Positions 6,725 through 9,357 of a stretch of 9,357 bases of DNA are shown one piece after another. The position numbers and the translations under genes are program-made. How positions within the stretch are numbered: the stretch's first letter is position 1; the number at the start of each line of letters is the position of its first letter. A model generated the notes under the pieces. The model was not told the origin of the DNA. It ran no database searches and was given only the letters and a program-made list of their open reading frames with translations. The stretch covers positions 21,131-30,487 of the forward strand of contig CAZDSI010000014.1 in NCBI GenBank assembly GCA_964508215.1, read 5' to 3'. This DNA is from an uncultured Opitutales bacterium. Its GTDB lineage: Bacteria; Verrucomicrobiota; Verrucomicrobiia; Opitutales; UBA9783.

Positions 6725-7192
6725 CATGCTTACAAATACTACTCTTAACACTTATCTTGTTAAGCATCTACATCATTACAACCAAATCCCACGTACAGCT
6801 CCCAAACAGGGCTTAACTTACTTACAGTCAAGAACCTTAGGATTTTTATAATTTTAGGGCTTATTGCAATTTTAATAGCCTCCAGGATTTTTACCTCTTT
6901 GTGTAAAAATTTTGGGGGTTATTTCGATTTTTTGCCAAATATCGATACCTAACAAAAGGCTCAGGAGGTATCAAAGTGAGAGCTTCTGTTCTTCCATTTT
7001 TCACTAAAAGACGTTTAGGAGCCAAAAAATTATAACGATAAACAGTTTTTTTCAGAAAAATTTTTTTCTTACCAAAGATAGTGCTATGCCTCGATGGCCA
7101 ACTTTTGGAAAAGAGTTTTCATTGAGGAGCAGATAATTTTCAGCCTGGAACGCTATCTATCCGCTTAATTCCAACATATTGAGCAGCTTTTG

Positions 7193-8812
7193 TTATACCT
7201 GCCTTAAAGCTAGCAACAAACTACGATCAACGGTGTTGTTTTTGAAGGAATCCTCAACGCAGGCACGAGTTATTTTATCGTGTACACTTTTATTCGCTTC
7301 ACAAAGTAGTACTTTAGTACCATGGTTTTTAAACCTTTCAATAACCTTGCGAAGGCTTAATAATCCTGTCGCATCAATAAAAGGCACATGCTTTAAACGT
7401 ATAACCAAAACCTTAACATCAGTACGAACATTTGAAGCGATATGCTCAAATGTTTCGACAGCACCCCAGAAAAAAGGACCATCAATAGAATACACAACAA
7501 CCGTTGACGGCAAAGATGCCAAAGAAGTTTCTTCTAGCAACATTTTTTCTTCATGGCGTTCCACTTGTACAGACTTTGCCATACGACGCATAAAAAGTAG
7601 CGTAGCCAAAATAACACCAACGTTTACAGCTACAACTAAATCACCAAAAATTGTCAAAAAGAACGTGGCCAGCAAAACCGCTGCATCCGATCGCGGAGAT
7701 TGTTTTAACAAATAAAGGAAACGATGCGCTTCGCTCATGTTATAAGCCACTATAAACAAAATAGCCGCTAATGTCGCGAGGGGAATATTTTGCGCCAACG
7801 GAGCAAACAACAATATAACCAACACCAAAACACAGGAGTGAACAATACCGGCAATGGGACAATTTCCACCGCTTCGCACATTGACTGCCGTTCGAGCAAT
7901 GGCTCCGGTGGCCGCAAAACCACCCATTAACGGACACACAATATTTGCAATCCCTTGCCCAATAAGTTCTTGGTTTGAAGAATGATGCGTACCCAGCATA
8001 CCATCGGCCACAACGGCTGACAAAAGCGATTCTATTGCACCGAGAAGCGCAATGGTAAAGGCTGGCCCTATTAATTCTAAAATCCGTGTAAAAGAAAGGT
8101 CCGGTAAGTGAAAAGTCGGTAGTGCTTGTGGTATGCCTCCAAAAGCTGTTCCAATTGTTGAGACCGAAGAAAATTTGAAAATTGACTGTAAAACTGTTCC
8201 GACAAGAAGTGCCACTAAAGGAGCTGGTATTTTTTTTACATAACGTGGTACGTAGATTACGATCATCAAACTAATAAAACCCATAACTGTGGTATAGGGA
8301 TCCAAACTATTAAAGCCCATTACAAGAGTTTTTAATTTTTCATGAAAGTGGCCACTTCCAGTCGAAACTTTTAAACCAAAAAAATCTTTCCATTGACCGA
8401 CCCAAATAACAACACCAATACCCGAAGTAAAACCAACGATTACTGGTGCCGGTATATATTTGATAATTGACCCTAAGCGCGCAAGCCCCATGGCTACCAA
8501 CATGATTCCGGCCATAAAAGTAGCGGTTTGTAATCCTTCTATACCGTACTTGGCGGTAACCGAAGATAAAATAACAATAAAAGCGCCTGTTGGACCAGCG
8601 ATTTGCACACGTGTACCCCCAAAGACCGAAACACATATGGCTGAAACAATTGCCGTGTACAAGCCTTGTTCTGGCTTCGCTCCAGATGCAATGGCAAAAG
8701 CCATGGCTAGCGGAATGGCAACAATACCAACAACAACTCCGGCTACAATATTTTTAGAAAAATTATTAGCGGTTAGTAAACCGGCTTTTTTCGCCTCTAA
8801 AAAAGCAAACAT
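7193..8812 (-). CDS. SulP-family anion transporter (DauA/YchM-like) with C-terminal STAS domain
   Basis: 539 aa and multi-pass hydrophobic. The N-terminal SulP signature is NIVAGVVVGIVAIPLAMAFAIASGAKPEQGLYTAIVSA...FGGTRVQIAGPTGAFIVIL, very close to the DauA pattern. The C-terminal STAS domain reads VVVYSIDGPFFWGAVETF...VLVIRLKHVPFIDATGLLSLRKVIERFKNHGTKVLLCEA. Ends in TAA. Confidence 0.93.
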   Translation of the reverse strand: MFAFLEAKKAGLLTANNFSKNIVAGVVVGIVAIPLAMAFAIASGAKPEQGLYTAIVSAICVSVFGGTRVQIAGPTGAFIVILSSVTAKYGIEGLQTATFMAGIMLVAMGLARLGSIIKYIPAPVIVGFTSGIGVVIWVGQWKDFFGLKVSTGSGHFHEKLKTLVMGFNSLDPYTTVMGFISLMIVIYVPRYVKKIPAPLVALLVGTVLQSIFKFSSVSTIGTAFGGIPQALPTFHLPDLSFTRILELIGPAFTIALLGAIESLLSAVVADGMLGTHHSSNQELIGQGIANIVCPLMGGFAATGAIARTAVNVRSGGNCPIAGIVHSCVLVLVILLFAPLAQNIPLATLAAILFIVAYNMSEAHRFLYLLKQSPRSDAAVLLATFFLTIFGDLVVAVNVGVILATLLFMRRMAKSVQVERHEEKMLLEETSLASLPSTVVVYSIDGPFFWGAVETFEHIASNVRTDVKVLVIRLKHVPFIDATGLLSLRKVIERFKNHGTKVLLCEANKSVHDKITRACVEDSFKNNTVDRSLLLALRQV

Positions 8813-8838
8813 AACCTTTATAGGAATTTAAGTAGTTG

Positions 8839-9357
8839 TTAAGCCTGATCCGAATAAAATAATCTTGCCGACTTTAAGCGAAAATTCGGAATAAATCCTT
8901 GAATAAAACGAATTACACTTTCTTCTTCTTTCGGCACTGCGCCATTTAATTTTTTGAAAAACAGCTCATGGTTATCTTCATGCTCGTCATCTTTAAACAC
9001 CAAAATTGACGGATGCGAAGTTTTGGTTAATTTTTGTTGATCGTAATCTAAATCTTCATGCATTTTCTCACCTGGCCTTAACCCGGTAAACACGATATCG
9101 ATATCTACACCTAAACGCAAGTGATTAAGCTCTATCATCTTCTTCGCAATATCGACAATTTTAACAGGTTTGCCCATATCCAACACAAAGGTTTTTCCAC
9201 CAATGTCTTGAAAACTTGAAGCTTCCAAAATCAATCCTACTGCTTCGGGAATGGTCATAAAATATCGGGTAACTTCGGGATGGGTAACCGTAACAGGCCC
9301 TCGACGCATAATTTGTTCTTTAAAAATCGGCAATACGCTTCCAGCAGAGCCCAAAAC
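8839..9357 (-). CDS. Polysaccharide biosynthesis protein CapD/PglF/WbpM family (NDP-sugar 4,6-dehydratase/epimerase), C-terminal part; 5' end lies outside the window
   Basis: The reading frame is open to the window edge, and the first M in the ORF track is a TTG read artificially as a start. Family motifs are GSAGSVLPIFKEQIMRRGPVTVTHPEVTRYFMTIPEAVGLILEA, FVLDMGKPVKIVDIAKKMI and FTGLRPGEKMHEDL. The stop lies 26 nt upstream of the sulP-like start on the same strand, so co-transcription is likely. Confidence 0.9.
   Translation of the reverse strand, partial: VLGSAGSVLPIFKEQIMRRGPVTVTHPEVTRYFMTIPEAVGLILEASSFQDIGGKTFVLDMGKPVKIVDIAKKMIELNHLRLGVDIDIVFTGLRPGEKMHEDLDYDQQKLTKTSHPSILVFKDDEHEDNHELFFKKLNGAVPKEEESVIRFIQGFIPNFRLKSARLFYSDQA

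Noticed and set aside
6630-6851. 73-aa plus-strand ORF following the chaperone gene
   Set aside because: It starts at a TTG overlapping the chaperone stop and has no RBS. Its Thr/His/Asn-rich composition matches a C/A-skewed, stop-poor region where a second frame is also open by chance, and it spans the candidate hairpins. It is most likely non-coding.
6976-7035. Mini-ORF MRASV... as a ribosomal protein L36 (rpmJ) gene or remnant
   Set aside because: Only the RASV tetrapeptide resembles the L36 N-terminus. The zinc-binding Cys/His residues and the rest of the 37-38 aa protein are absent. It is kept only as a speculative small ORF in the intergenic-gap finding.
7179-8831. ORFs 7179-7715(+), 7740-7937(-), 8340-8636(-), 8460-8831(+) overlapping the SulP gene
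   Set aside because: They are antisense or out-of-frame shadows of a full-length SulP/STAS transporter gene. None has recognisable motifs.

Overview
This 9.4-kb window comes from a moderately AT-rich bacterial chromosome. I saw no rRNA, tRNA, CRISPR or mobile-element signatures. Four housekeeping genes are recognisable: a class I SAM-dependent methyltransferase (+), pyruvate,phosphate dikinase ppdK (-), a SulP/STAS anion transporter (-), and the 3' part of a CapD/PglF/WbpM-type sugar dehydratase (-, runs off the right edge). They flank a compact ~2.5-kb block of four small unannotated-looking ORFs (4130-6633). Read by eye, these four proteins look like a complete type III secretion (T3S) gatekeeper module. 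The 351-aa protein is Ser-rich and low-complexity at its N-terminus, with a YopN/CopN (SctW, HrpJ-domain)-like central and C-terminal part. The last ~80 aa of the 168-aa protein match the TyeA domain. The 126-aa protein is a SycN-like class I chaperone. The divergently transcribed 150-aa protein is a CesT/YscB/Scc1-like class I chaperone. The three minus-strand ORFs lie in one reading frame, separated only by stop + one codon + ATG. The 351/168 boundary is a single in-frame TGA that cuts the gatekeeper roughly 80 residues upstream of the classical YopN|TyeA boundary. No injectisome structural genes are in the window. The scattered T3S organisation, the CopN-like tail and the presence of ppdK fit best with a Chlamydiae-like (PVC) organism, but that is inference. 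All homology statements rest on visual motif reading and alignment to family sequences as I recall them, not on a database search.
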